Assembly (NCBI GenBank): GCA_022813865.1
Contig: JALDZX010000029.1
Coordinates: forward strand, 1 to 64,000
DNA from: Xylographa opegraphella
Taxonomy: Eukaryota
DNA length: 64,000 bases
Reading direction: 5' to 3'
This document shows positions 37,331 through 50,677 of this stretch, in pieces. Under the pieces are notes generated by a model, which was not told where the DNA came from, did not search any database, and saw only the letters and a program-made list of their open reading frames with translations. A program made the translations under genes and the position numbers. The stretch's first letter is position 1. The number at the start of each line of letters is the position of its first letter.

Positions 37331-40300
37331 ATGCAGGGTCGGATCATCCCCATCTGCTCCTGTCGAATATGATGACCGTTGACACTACGTTATCTATGCT
37401 GGAACCTCTGCTGGGTAGCTCTATTTCCTGCAGAGGTGTACAGACGGTTTAGCGCTGATATCTTGGGTAAACCGCAGCGGAAGAGAGCAATGGAGGTGAT
37501 CAAAGATGTTCAGCTAAGGTTAGGAAGGCCGACATCAGCACGTCAAGCAAGGTTCAAGTTAGAAGGCAGATGAGAAGATGAAGAGGAGAGGATCTTTTGG
37601 GACGGCGTCACAGTCGAGTGACTTACTGTCTTCTGGGGCAGACGTCCATAATGCATGACAGGACGGTCCTTTGCCAGTCTTACATGCACACAGAAGGCTT
37701 GGCGTTGGCTTCTTGTTTGCGGTGATCAGGTATAAGGAAGTTCGGAGAAGCGATTGAATTATCTTGGGTTGAAAGACTGACCATGAAGCTACCGCAGTCG
37801 TTGATGGTAATGGAATGTTGGCATTTGAAGTATTCGTGGCATTCGTGATGCTGAATGGGTTGCACCTTGGCTTGATAAGATGTCCCGATACTGGTGGCAT
37901 GTCGAGAGGATGTGTCGGCAGATCAATATCGAGTGAAAATGCACGCATACAAGAGATTAAGCTAGCTACCTCACTCTAAGCAGCTTTACTATACTACTGA
38001 GGCCTTCCTCTTAGTCCCACAGTGCAGCATATCCAATCCTTCAAATTCCCAACTTAACCAGTCACTGTGCGTATGCAAGCACCAAAGTCCGCATTCTATG
38101 GTGTATGTTTCACTTGGACGAGCATGAGACAAGTTTTCCATACCTAGCCGCTCTTGAAGCGCACATCCCTCATCTCAAACTTTGTCGTTGTTTCTACCCG
38201 AACGTCTTAACTCGCTACTCCCTAACACTTCTTTTAATTCTAACGCTGATACCATGGTTGATTGACCTTACCTCTCGTACAAAACGAGACTCTTTCTCCT
38301 TGCGAGTTCATCATGATATATGTTCGCGTGTTTTAGCTTCATCTCAATTGTATGGGAAGCCACCCTAGCATTGCGTGAATTTGAATGTTGCTGGAAAATT
38401 TTTGCATTGAGGGGACACCCTCTTTTGAAATGTATATGGCGAAGCCAAAGCTGCTCCTACGTGAGATCCATGATTTCGGAGAGAAATAGGAGGTAAGGAT
38501 GCTGGATGCTTGATGTGAAGGGCGAACATCAACATGAGTTGAGTCATGTTCGTTATAAGGAAGTTGTCTGAAGTCATCAAGCGGATGGTACGCTCATTTT
38601 CTAGTAGATTCAAATGCAACCCCGGCCTACTCAGGGTCTACATACTGGTCAAGCGTCACGCCCAGCCGACCTGAGCTTTGTTTCAGTATCATGAACCCTG
38701 TAAACACGTAGTCCTATCGGATAGTCGCAGCATGCTGGCTTTATGAGCATTTGAGCCTGACTGTGCAGGATCCATACTGACCAAGCAGGCAGAGTACTGG
38801 TCGTGCATATATCGCACTCCGATCATATCGTTTTTAACTGACGGTTAGCACAATAGATGCCACGGAAGTTGACGGCTTGTAAATCGTGGGCACAGCTGCG
38901 GTAAAGGGGCCGGCGCGTGCTGGTAATGGTCCGTGGGTTTTTCTGCGCACGCGGTCCTACTCTTTTGTCCTTTGCTTGAAAGACCTTTTACATTGCTAAA
39001 ACCACCGTTCTTTCGCCCCTGGGCAATTGTCATTCTAGCAGAATGCAACATAAAGTCCAAGACAATCAAACGTGAACTCTGGAGGACAGATGCCACCAAC
39101 TGCATGTCGTCCATATTCTCAAGTCGCCACTGTTAGTGTGGAGCAATCTGGCGTGGAGCTGAGCTATAAATTGAAGCAAAACGTCGTCGCACTGTCGAAA
39201 TCAATCGTACAATACCCAGAACATTCAGCAGTCATTCGACAAGCTATAGATAGTGAGCCTATAACACATGGTCTTTGAAACCCAAAACTTGAGTTGGAAT
39301 GAAAAACCGGGAGATCTCGACATAAGTGATCTGGAAACCCGAGGTCGACAAGTCTGGCTCACAAAACTGCTCTTATATCCTTTGACATCGCCCAGCAGAA
39401 TAATACATAAAAGTACCCATTCACAGCTTGTCCTGACCAGCACCAGAAGTGTCAATATGCATCGAGCACGGCGCGCAGATAGACTCGAGTCGTGTTTTAA
39501 TGATGGTGTCACATACCTACTGACAATACACCTTCTAACGTTTTGCAAGCTCTCATTGCATCAATGATCAATCTGCTCCGCACCTACATACTCGCCGGCT
39601 GAAGTCTCAATGATTGGTACAGCGTTCATCGTCTTTGAGAATCGATATTATTGCGGGACCGGCTTCTGAAGCGGGTCGACTGGCTACCCAGGACTGGAGA
39701 GATGGCAGTTCTATCATCGTGAACTAAGCGAACGCTGGATCTGCGTTCAATCCGTCAGTATACATGTATATAGCCTGCGTCAAATATGAAATTCCTATTG
39801 CTCCAGGCTACTTCGCTCGAGCTATCCACTGCGCCTCGTTATAAGCTTATTCTGAAGCTCGTAGGAAAGCCCTACCTTTGCAAATACTGATACCTCCTAT
39901 ATCCGCCTCTGCTCTCCCAGTCGCCTAAAACAGGTCGCTGAAGGATTCACCCCGTTTACCTTCTCAACCGCTCCGTATCTGTGCAAGCTTCCCCAGGTTC
40001 CGCTGTCCAGCATCTGGGCTTGCTTTGCCGACCGCTTGTCGATTTGTATGGGTTATGAACTCACCAACTTTAGATTTAGAGACAATGATGAGGTTGATAT
40101 CGTTGATGCGCATGCTGGAGGCCTTCCATATTCAAATCAGGTAATTCGTGAACAGTCGGTTCCTCTTAAATATCATAGTGTTTCTTCAAGGAGTAAAAAG
40201 GTTCGGCAATGGCAGAACGATATTGTCGTTGGACGTCGTTACAAGCCAAGATAGAAAGTCCTAGAAATCGCAGTCAAACTTGAGTACGTGGATCTAAAGG

Positions 40301-41023
40301 GTGGTGATGAACCACTCACAAGCAAGTTCGGCATCCGAGATCATTTGTAAAAAATTAAAAAGTTTTAACAAAATTAAAGTTAAACGCAATCGCGAATTTA
40401 AGTAAGTACTGCGACCATGTCGCCATCGCGGAATTGACTGCCAAGGAGAAGAGGCATCATATTCGAAAATGAAATCATAAACATAGGACATTCTTGCCGT
40501 AATGGTCTACGATAAGGGTTGTACTGGTTCCGAAGTTGTTGCATCCAACGCCTAAACTTTCTGTATTCTTTGATTTGACATTGAGCGGGCGTGCGGCACA
40601 ATCGAGGAGGGTGGGCAGGCCGAAATAACAAGGCTTTGCGTATCTTATTGATGACGATGAGATGCTATAGGTAGTGGGAAAGAAATACAGGGTTGCGATG
40701 GTGAGGGCAACGGGCTCGTCATCTGAACATGTTCATTTGCATACAATCAAGGATTTGTCGAATCCAGATTAAGTAGACAGAGGGATAGGATACGCTAGAC
40801 ATATGATAGAAGAACCACAAAAGTTATATACTGCGGAGCACTAGTAGTGAAGGAACAGTCAATGTATGATACTGCCAGACTAACTAGGTCAGTATGCAGA
40901 ACGTACACCTGTATCAAAGGATAGATTGAGAGAAACTGGCGGACAGAAAACGAGGAGAACAACGGTCTACGGCTTGCATAGTGAGTAGACAAACTTGAGC
41001 TACATCGGATGCAGCCAGCACAA

Positions 41024-41612
41024 TCATGCAGCGCCTTCTGCTCTCTATTCACACAACCCAAGGTCAGCACACAGAAGCTCAGACTCCATAGAGAAACCCT
41101 ATTCATGTCCTTGAGCCGTCTGCGTTCCAGGGAATAGAAACCTACCTGACCAGTGTAGAATGCCAAGCCCCCTTTCTCAGTCTCGAATCGTATCTTGCTC
41201 CCCTTTGGGAAATTGAACACGTCACCCGCCACGGCATGTACCTTCTGTCCGGTCTCGTCTGAAATGGTAAAGTCGCCCTCTAGAATGATTTTCATCTCAT
41301 GGTACGTATAAGTGTAGTCGAGAGGGACGCCTGGCTCGAGACGGTAGAGACCGCAGGAGATAGGCGCCTTGGGAGCGACTTTCTCGCTGAGGAGTGAGTC
41401 AGCTAGCGGACAAGCCCTTTGCGGTGATTGAAAGGGTCCGAGAGGGGAGTACGATACCTGGAGAAAATATCCCCCAGGAAGGCATTGCCGTTGGCGATCA
41501 ACGGCGGCTTGAACGTAGACTGAGCTTTGGCGTAGTGCTTGAATGCTGGTGGGCCGGATGCCATGTTTTTGGGAGATGACTTCTTGATAAGGCTGCTGAT
41601 GTAGGAGCCCAT
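41024..41612 (-). CDS. EutQ-like cupin (ethanolamine utilisation protein-like); alternative start at 41564
   Basis: FKPPLIANGNAFLGDIFS|SEKVAPKAPISCGLYRLEPGVPLDYTYTYHEMKIILEGDFTISDETGQKVHAVAGDVFNFPKGSKIRF...GLAFYTGQ|RAEGAA*; two introns. Confidence 0.85.
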
Positions 41613-42682
41613 GATTGTTAGCTGGATTGCACTATATATAAGGGCATATAGAATGAGCTTCTAAGGTGAGCAATTGAAGATCTGCACCAACCTATCTATA
41701 ATATTTATAGTAGACACAGGTACAGCTTTCCTGGATGACCGGACGTCTACATCAATGCACAGAGCCAGAATATATGGCAAGATAAAGACAGACTCGAGGG
41801 GAGCATATCCAGAACTCTAGCGTTAAAACAATTCCTCATCGAGACTGGAAAAGGCCGATCGCAGCCCCTCTGCCAGTGCTACGGGATTTAGCAAAGCAAG
41901 ACGCCGAGCTTGATAGGTAAGATGGATCAATTGGCTGCTTGAAGCGTAGCGCTGCTCACACAGCAGCGGCCTTGCATGTCGCTCGCTAAGACGGAGTCTC
42001 GGAGAAGAAACAAAGTGCCGGTACTGAAGTAGGTACCTTACCTAGACAGTGCTTGTCGGCTCAACCTTCGACCGGCAGGACGTTCGGTGGATATAATAGC
42101 CTAATTGAGCATAGTCTGGAGCTGGCGCGGCTCACTGTGTAAGGCTCCGAGGCTCAACCATGAAACCGTTTTGCCTAGGTGAACATTGGAGACCCCGACC
42201 AGGGAGCGATGAAGTAGGACGTTACTTCACAGTGACAGAAGCAATTAGAAGTAGTATACCTTATATAGAGTATTATGGAGAATGTGTCCCACGAAGCACA
42301 GCGGTCGTTTTGATGTGAGCTGTGCCTCATTTAAATACTTCAGGTGGACACGGATCGAGTAAGCGCGAACCACCAATGTCAATTACTCCTTCGTCTGCAG
42401 GGATATATAGTAGCTAAGCTCTCCTTGTGACTAACTACATGAACCTTGGTAATATATGTATGATTCCAAAAACAGCTCAATCCCCCAACACTATGAGAAT
42501 CCAGATCACAGCCCTCTGTCAAGTAATGTCCAGCGCCACGCTCAAAAGCTTCAGAGTTTCCAATGGACAACGAGCGTTCGGGGTATCTGATAAGGACGAT
42601 CCAAAAGAAGTGACAGGGTAGCTAATCATGGACGCAAATGACTAACAGCGGAGCTTGGAACCAGGAGCTCACCCGTAACGCC

Positions 42683-45248
42683 TCATCCGAGGAGAACTGA
42701 GAAGTATAAGTCGGTGCAGGAACAAGGCATCAAGAAGTCTAAGCTTACCTTCCCAGTGCCAGTCCCTCATAACACCAGCCCAGTGTAGACGTCCACGAAC
42801 AGTTGTTTCGAACTCAGCATTATCAAGGATATCGGGAGCGCTCTTGTGGGCTCGATGGCCTCTAACAGGTGCTGGCATTCCCGAGTCACCCTCAGTTGCT
42901 CGCCGTTTGATGCCCGCATAAGCATTCGACCAACCGAAGCATTCTGCCTCGGCCTGGTCCTCGGAATTGAAAGCTCTTTTTATGCTTGACATCGGAGACT
43001 CCAAATAGGACGTCATCCGACAGGCTATACGTCGATTCCACTCCAAGGTTTTCTCCGCCTCATTTGCGTCGCGACGCCGCCAGACCTCCTTGACCACCTC
43101 CAGACACCGATCGACATTTCCAATAAGCATTCTTCGTGACATCATTGTCCACCTGTCTTCAACCCACGCTCGGTCTTCCGAGGTAGCCGCTTCGCAACCC
43201 GCAGCCAATAGAGGATATATCTGAACGATGACAGCGCGAGATCCGGGCGGTACAGTCGCCAGATATATAAGAACCTTCTTCGCCAGTTGAGCAGCGCTTG
43301 GGCTAGGGATTTCCGGAACAGCTTGGCGCAGATATAGCAATGTCGCCCACCGATATGCTTCGGCGGTTTGCAAACTATCTTGAATTTCCGACGTGGGGTC
43401 CTCAGGGGGCTCGAAAAAGTTTGGTGGTTCCCACATCTCCAGGTGCGTCTTGAGTTCATTGGCTTGTGAGATGATGTTGATAGAATTACTACTACTTTTT
43501 CTAACCTTCCCAACTAAATTGGCCGCACGCCCGATGAGAGGGAAAAGTGTGGTTGCACAGCCCATAAGAGGATCAACTTCAGTGCTGGATCCGAAAGGAT
43601 CCGAAGATGTCCATAGGGACGGGTTGATATTGCCCGAATCCTCGTCATCAACGTTGGTCAGCCTTGCTATTACATCCATGTATACCCATGTGTTATAGAG
43701 AAACCGGAGCCGTATGAGCTCTTCACCACTTAGAGACTGTTGACGATGGCGCGTCAAGGCTTGGTTGACGAGGACTTTCGCACCACGAAGATGTTCAATG
43801 CCGGTTGAAACATGCACATCCCAAGACTCAGAAAACGCTAGTACCAGGGTGGTTGCCAGTGCAGTATCTGTCCTCATGTTCTCGATCCCGCTTGCCAAAT
43901 GTCGGATGCTGTGTCTCATATGCTCCATGCCTACAACCTTCATGGAAGGCTTCAGTTTTGAAGTATGAAATGCGGCCATGGAGCTGATAGCGTGATACAA
44001 AGCGGGAGAATCTATGGCCAATGGCCAAACATGCGTCCGCCAAGGGTTTTCCGTCGGACCATCCTTGACAGACAGAATCCCACATGTTTGTGTGCCGAAA
44101 CCCAGCATAAGCATTTCCGCACTCTTGAGATCTAGCTTGGGTTGGCTGTATATGTTCAGCGGGTCGAACAAAGAGCTTTCGGCCGATGATGATGAGCTGG
44201 AAGCTGATGGTGAAGGTGAAGGCAGCCGCATGATCCACGCTTCAGCAGCAGGATATGGCTGTCTCACAATCTCTTCAACATCTTCATCTAATTGCATTGG
44301 AATATATGGCCTCGGTTGGTATGGAGTGTCAGGTTGTAGCGGTTGAAACTCCATATGATCAAGTGGTACTGCATTGAGATCCGTGGCCGGAAGTGAGAGG
44401 TCTATTGGACGCGGCGACCGACCAGATGCCAAGCTGGGGTCTGCAATATTGAAGCTCCGCACAGTTGCCGCTCCTTCAAAGATCCCGTCCAGCGAGTTAG
44501 GCGTGGAAGTGGACGGGTCAATTTCTGGAAAAATTGATCGATCTGTTGCGCATGATTTGTCGTCCGGTAAGGCGACTGGGAGGCAGTCATCCAAGCTCCG
44601 GCTTGTGGTAGTGGAAGCGACAGGAAGGGATTGCTGAGTGCATAGAGATAGAGGTGAAAACTGTATGAAAGACGCCGACGGGGCTGATCGCGAGAATTGT
44701 GGCAGGACGGTTGATCCGGACGTATCTGATGCACAGGGACTTTCTGAATGCGGATGTGCTTGTGAAGCTTCCACAGGTATTGAAGCTACAGCATGTCAGT
44801 ACAGGAACACCCGTCAACCGTATGTCCTTACGTCTCTGGATCCGGGGTGGTGCTGGCTTGCTCATAAAGCTTGTCTCCTCAAACGACCTCCACTTGAAAT
44901 CTTTCTTGTAGCCGCCACAGTCGACACTGCGTTTGTGACACTGCTGACATGTCGGTTTTGTCTCGTCACATTTCAGCCGCTTCGCTTTACAGGTAACGCA
45001 GCCTGGTCTCAGTTAGTACAAATGAACGGCGGACAATAAGAAAACAGTATGGCAAAATCCCTACCATTGCGACTCTTAGACTGTTTTGGCTTCACCAATC
45101 CATCGATTGCGACGGGCGCTACCTTCTCTCTTCTCGAAGGCGCAAGTCTCTTTTTCGCCGCCTTCCTTGGGCTTACCGTAGAAGTGGAAGTCGTGAGTAT
45201 TGGCTTGTTCAAAAATGCGGAGGGGGACGAAAGAGTGATTGTCTCCAT
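42683..45248 (-). CDS. Zn(II)2Cys6 transcription factor with fungal-specific TF domain (Acr-2-like); start uncertain
   Basis: KPKQSKSRNG|CVTCKAKRLKCDETKPTCQQCHKRSVDCGGYKKDFKW; TCGILSVKDGPTENPWR; EVDPLMGCATTLFPLIG; ends WHWE|VLLG*. Confidence 0.88.
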
Positions 45249-46077
45249 CGATGCATGAAGACCGATGGAATCGACGGTCTGGAGGAGCGTGAAGGCATGC
45301 GTAATGCTCTTCGGGCTCGAATGTGAATACCCGTTATCGGACACGACCTTTTGCGACCTTGGAGCGATATCAGAGGAATTGGCTGCCCGCTGGAGGTTAA
45401 TCGGGTCCAATGGGTCATTCGGCCGCTAAACGAAGGGTTCATCAGGTAAGGTAGTTCCCGTGCCCTAAGACCAGTTGTTCCTACGACCCTCACCTGAGGT
45501 ACCTTGCCATGTACGTAACTAAGGTAGTGCCCCAGATGACATGTTTGTTCCAGACCTGCAATCATTCCTACACTGGGCGAGCGTCAAAGGCATATAGCAC
45601 GATGGACGATACGCTAACAATGTTCGCTGTGCACCAAATTTACAACCAGAAATGTGTTGTTGCTTGTAACTATCCTGATGTGTTTCTCCACTCCCGATCC
45701 ACCACAGCTTCCTCCTCCGATGTAAGGATAAGAAATCATAAAGTCGCTAGGAGGTCTCCTGTCCTAGACCCAAATGAATGTAGCCGCCCGTCCCTGTCCG
45801 CGGTCATGATCCCCGTGCGTGGGCGTGGTTGTAACAATGCTCTATATGTTTAAGGTCCCCGACGTCCAGTCCCAGTTTTCCACCGAAGTGGAATACGCCT
45901 AAAACGGGTCTATCCCAGCCGAACGCCACGTTGCCCGGAGAACCGGCCTCTGCTGTTGAGACTATGTGCAAAAATGGAGAGAAAAGAATTATAAAGATAT
46001 TACCCGGCACCGATAAATGCAACGCATTCAACAGATATTAGTTGACCCCGACAATTAAGATTATTTCGGAGCGTCGA

Positions 46078-49064
46078 TTACCAGGAGAACGTCATCAATG
46101 CCGGATTCAGTACGATCGGTAGAAGCATGTGACTGACCGTTACAGTTGCCATGGGTAGGATCGCCACGAAGTCCGTGATCATCCAATCCTGTGGGATGAA
46201 CGTGCACGTCGCAAGAATTATCATACCCGCAATACCGACAATAGCAAACACCATGCTGAACTTGAACTTCTTGAGCACCTTAGGTACTTCGATGAAGAAG
46301 TTGGAGAATTCGGCTTCTTTAGAGGTGGCACCCCAGGTCATGTTGATTTCAAACATGTGGGCAAGAAGAGCGGACGATACGTGGAGTGAAAGGCCGCCCA
46401 GGAAGATGGCAAGCATGAGCACCCATTTAAAATTCTCGAAAACTGCAACATGGTTAGAGCTCGGTAGGATCGAAGTTGAAGCAAGAAGATACTTACGTGC
46501 GTAGCCGAATGATCGCTCCCCAGTACGGTATCTCATGACAGCCAAAGCGATGTTCCCCAAGCCATTGAAGACAATGACGATCGAGAACCATACCTTCCAT
46601 GAGTCGATGTAGTATTGATCCAGGTATCCGTTGTACCAACCTACAGCAAAGTAATTGGCTGTTGTCATGATCCACGCAGCACCAATGGCGTAGTATGTAC
46701 CGATATATGAAATAATGGTGATCTTAGAGGTCAAACGAATGTTGGAGAACAAAAATCGACGGAATAAGGGGGTAAATGGACCTCTCCACAGCCAAGTTCG
46801 AATTGGATTGAAAAGAAGCTCGTTGCATCCATAAGCATACTTCTCCCAACGAGCCAACTCGTCATAAACAGTAAGGGAGACCCCCTCTTTGAATCCGTCA
46901 CCGGCCCATGCTGCAAGACGAATGATATACCCCGTACATTGGAGGCGAAGCGACATATCAAAGTCTTCGGACACGTGAGACTCCGACCAGAACTTGTCGT
47001 AGCCATCCTCGTCTTGGTAGGAGACCTGTTGGATGGCAGACCAGCGAAGGATTGCGTTATGTCCGACAAAAGGAGCAACATCCCCGTTGGCGACAGTATA
47101 CCTAATTGCTGTGTAGATCAAATTGGTGAAGAAGGTAATGCCGTTCTCGAAGTAGTTATGCACAACCTGCATAACGCCGGAAGAAAATTGCATGATGCCA
47201 ACATCAGGAGAGAGTTCCATCTCGGAAGCAGCATCGAGAATGCAGTCAGCAGGCACCCGCGTATCGGAGTCGATTAAAATAATGTAGTCCCCGACACGAA
47301 TGTTACCGTCGGCCCACGCAACGCCGATCTCGTCGACGACATCTTTAAGGCATCGCTCGTAAGCGTGAGCCTCGTCAGCTTGTGTCCAATCGTCGGGGCG
47401 CTGGATCATTTGTAGTTTCTCCTCAACCTTGCACGAGATCATAAGTCCATAGTTCATGTTGGATGCCTATAGTGCGATAAACATTAGCCTTGCACATACC
47501 ATGTTTGCTGAAAGCGACCATGATCAAAAAAGCGCATTGCGCCATCTGAAGGAGCGGTGATAATGTGTAGCGGTCTATCTCGAAGGTCCCAGGCCACGAG
47601 GAACATCCCCATAAGCGGGGTGCAACGGAACAGAGCCTCAACTAATTCAAGGCGCGAGTTAATCACATACCTTCTTGAACTTTCCTTTGCGCACGAACCC
47701 ATCCGCGCCATGTTTTGGTCGCGCAGTCCATCCAATTGAGTGATCGGCGTAGAAGTCAATACGTGCCTGTCGTTCGTCTTCGCCAATGAGTTGCAGACCA
47801 TCGTCGTTGACGAACATATTTGCCGAGCCACCCTGAAGTTCATATGTCGAGATGGCCTGTTTGATGGATTTTACTGTCGGAGCGATGACAGATGCGAGAC
47901 CTTCCTTGTACACAGGGCACTGGATGGTAACGTGAGGTAGAATGCGATTGGCCAATCGAGGAGGCTTCTGAGCAGAATAGAACTTCGAGTTCTGATGCAT
48001 CTGGCGGACGGGACCGATGCATTGGGCGATACAACCAACAATGACCTGAGCAAAAAACTGCAGCATCGTCAGTCGTGGTTCAAATCACTGCATGAAATCT
48101 ACGATAACATACCAAGGTAAAGAATATTTGGACGGGCGTGAGAAGGACGAAAGCAACGCGGATGTAATTCTTGTCCACCATGGTCTCGATAGCGACTTCT
48201 CGGAAACCGGCTCCCAGCATAACGATGATTATGACAAGGGTAAAAGCCACCAGTATGGTGTTCAGGAGATTTGTTGCACGTTTCTCAGGGATGATCTCCC
48301 CAGATTCTTCGTCGATTTCAACTTCCGTCACATTCGGACCCTTCTTCGCTTGACTTTCTTCGGCATCGTCCGTATCTCCTGTTTTCCATACCAGCTCCAT
48401 CAACTCCGACTCAATTAGCTTTGCGCGTTCTATGAGATGAAGTGCATCATCGTCCCACACCACGAGTAAAGCCTCGGAAGCAATAAAGGCTGCGAATTGA
48501 TGCTTGCGAGCTCGTGGTAGATCCTCAATAGTAGGTAAGATCTGGATTCGAAGGCCATTCATGAGAGGAACATCCACCGCATCCGGAGACCAATTCAGAA
48601 ATGTTTTGATGACTCGAGAATTGACCGTCATGGCAGACTGAGATGCGTAAGCTGTAGAAAAAAGATATCATAGTCTCGGGACTGACCTGGCAATTTAGTG
48701 CTGCACAAGCCCGCGCGAAATCGGATGAAGCCAGTTGGGGGGGACAGGCCATATATTGGTTTCTGCTTTTTCGCAGTAATACACCCTCCAACTCTCCGCT
48801 GCCATCGCTGACCCAGAGATGCGAGCATTGCTGCTGATATAAGTAGTTACACATGACCTCATGCTTGATCTCGTCCACGAAGGTTGAGCTTCGTGTTGAT
48901 GGCGCCAATGACGCCCGTGATGATCCAAATCTTGGTGTGTTGCTCATCTCCAGGCTCTCCGTGAACGCTCTAGGATTCTTTTCAAGCATGGGGGGCGTGC
49001 TTGAGGGTGGCGGCGCTGTCTTTGCAGAGCCTTTGCTCGCCTTGAAATAATTTTTGAGACCCAT
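46078..49064 (-). CDS. Integral-membrane family 2 glycosyltransferase (processive beta-glycan synthase-like)
   Basis: PHVTIQCPVYKEGL, FVNDDG, RKGKFKK|ASNMN, IDSDTRVP, FVGHNAILRW, VSEDF and DELARWEKYAYG (D,DxD,D,Q/ExxRW set), plus N- and C-terminal TM helices; four introns. Confidence 0.9.
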
Positions 49065-50267
49065 CTTTGTCCACTCCCGACCACCAGCGAAAGTTTTTGT
49101 CGAGCCAGACGCAACGGTATACTTGAGACCAAAGAGAAAGGCCTGCTATGAGTGGTTAAGGCTATAGCAATAAACGAGAGTGATGCTGTTGCAGTCCACG
49201 AATCGAGGTCGTCCCTCAAATGTCAAACATATGGAGGATGAACGGGTCGAAGAGCTGCAGATGATGCGGTCAGTCCCGTATTACCGGCATATTGTGGATA
49301 GAAGACGACTGCATGAAAGACGGCGAGGCCTACCTACGGAGAGGGTACTGCAAGAGCCTCTTGACTGCAAGCTGGTGCTCTGGCTTGAGTTCAGCGAGGC
49401 TCGGCAGCGAAGCAAAGCGAACGTGGTGAAGAGTCGAAATGAGGAAACGAACGAGAGTGGGGGACAGCTGCTAACCGCAAGCAAACGATAAGGCGAGGTT
49501 GCTGCAAAGGAAGAAGGACAAGACGAAACGGAAGGAGGAAGCCAACGAAGACTCTATCTTCCAAACGAAAGTAATGTGGTCGCACAAGCTCGGAACAGTG
49601 GTGGAAGGCTTTTTCCAGGACGATGGGCCAGGGGAATTAAACCCAAGTCAGCTTTCGGGCCAAAAGCTGGCGTCCATGGTCTACGCACTGGACGGACCGG
49701 CCGGCTGCCTTGGCTTCATGACTGATAGCAAGACCCCTGACCACGGTGACCGAAACATTGGTTTCTTGCAGGGCGCCTTGAAGTATGGCGGGATGCGCAA
49801 TCGGCACGGTCTTGCATGGAGGTAAGGTAACCCAACCCATGTGGATGGAGCTTGTGCCGCTTACACCAGAATGATACGGAAGCCACGGCTGCTGCGTGGC
49901 CCAGAGAAACGAGCTTTTCGAATGTGCCTAGGGATATTATGTTGATATTACCGTGGTAATTACGGCGATAGGCGGTAGATCCGCTCTGGCGACCGGGTTG
50001 GGGAATTTGTCTGGATGCGATTCAGCATGAAGTTGATGCTGTGTTCTTGGCGTCAAAGCGACCAGACTACCACGGCGCTAAGCCACAGCTTCCTTTTCTG
50101 GGCTGGGGGAGAGGCAAAGGAGTGCATGGCAGGCAATCCTACCTTAGCTACCTCACCTACCTGGATGGGATAACCGGGAACATACATAAAGGCATGCTTG
50201 TCGAGCGGGTGAAAACTACGCGATGATCGGCGACCTTTGCACGCCCCGTCACTCGCTTTGATGGTGG

Positions 50268-50305
<38 letters not shown>
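50268..50305. repeat. Heptamer tandem repeat (TGAGCAC)x5
   Basis: Read directly from the sequence. Confidence 0.95.
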
Positions 50306-50645
50306 TCAGCCGTGTCCGATGTAGTGCTGAGGTCAGGACTCTATCATGAGGCTGGCCCAGCTGACGACCGATTGTAACGTTGACAAACGTACTGTACAAT
50401 GGACGTCCAACGTTTGTGAAACGGGGGACCCCGGGTGCACGGTATACGAGATAGCTTCCAATCCTCCTTGGATTCATCAAGCTTTGTCGCGCGGTAACTA
50501 GCCAGAGATTGTTGGCAGCAAGCTCCATGAAGGGTTCCGTGGCATTCTCTACGATACGCCACCGCAGCTACAGTGGTGCTACCGCGATTGAGGGATAAAG
50601 GGGATGGGGGGAACGAGGGCTGCTTGATTACGATGTTCCTTGGTC

Positions 50646-50677
50646 GCTGATTGCTGATTGCTGATTGCTGATTGCTG
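50646..50677. repeat. Heptamer tandem repeat (GCTGATT)x4
   Basis: Read directly from the sequence. Confidence 0.95.

Noticed and set aside
39640..39990. Fragments vaguely like a cytochrome P450 C-terminus (ELSERW; FTPFTFSTAPYLC)
   Set aside because: The match to PERW and FxxGxxxC is too poor and the frame contains stops.
40795..41023. Long C-terminal extension of the cupin in the ORF track
   Set aside because: Artefact of reading through an intron; the spliced gene ends RAEGAA* at 41024.
47467..47670. 204-nt GT2 intron with an internal gtatgt
   Set aside because: The internal donor would define only a ~33-nt intron. No microexon is needed because KK|ASNMN joins in frame.
50268..50677. Tandem repeats as a CRISPR-like array
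   Set aside because: These are spacerless 7-mers in a eukaryotic genome, i.e. simple repeats.
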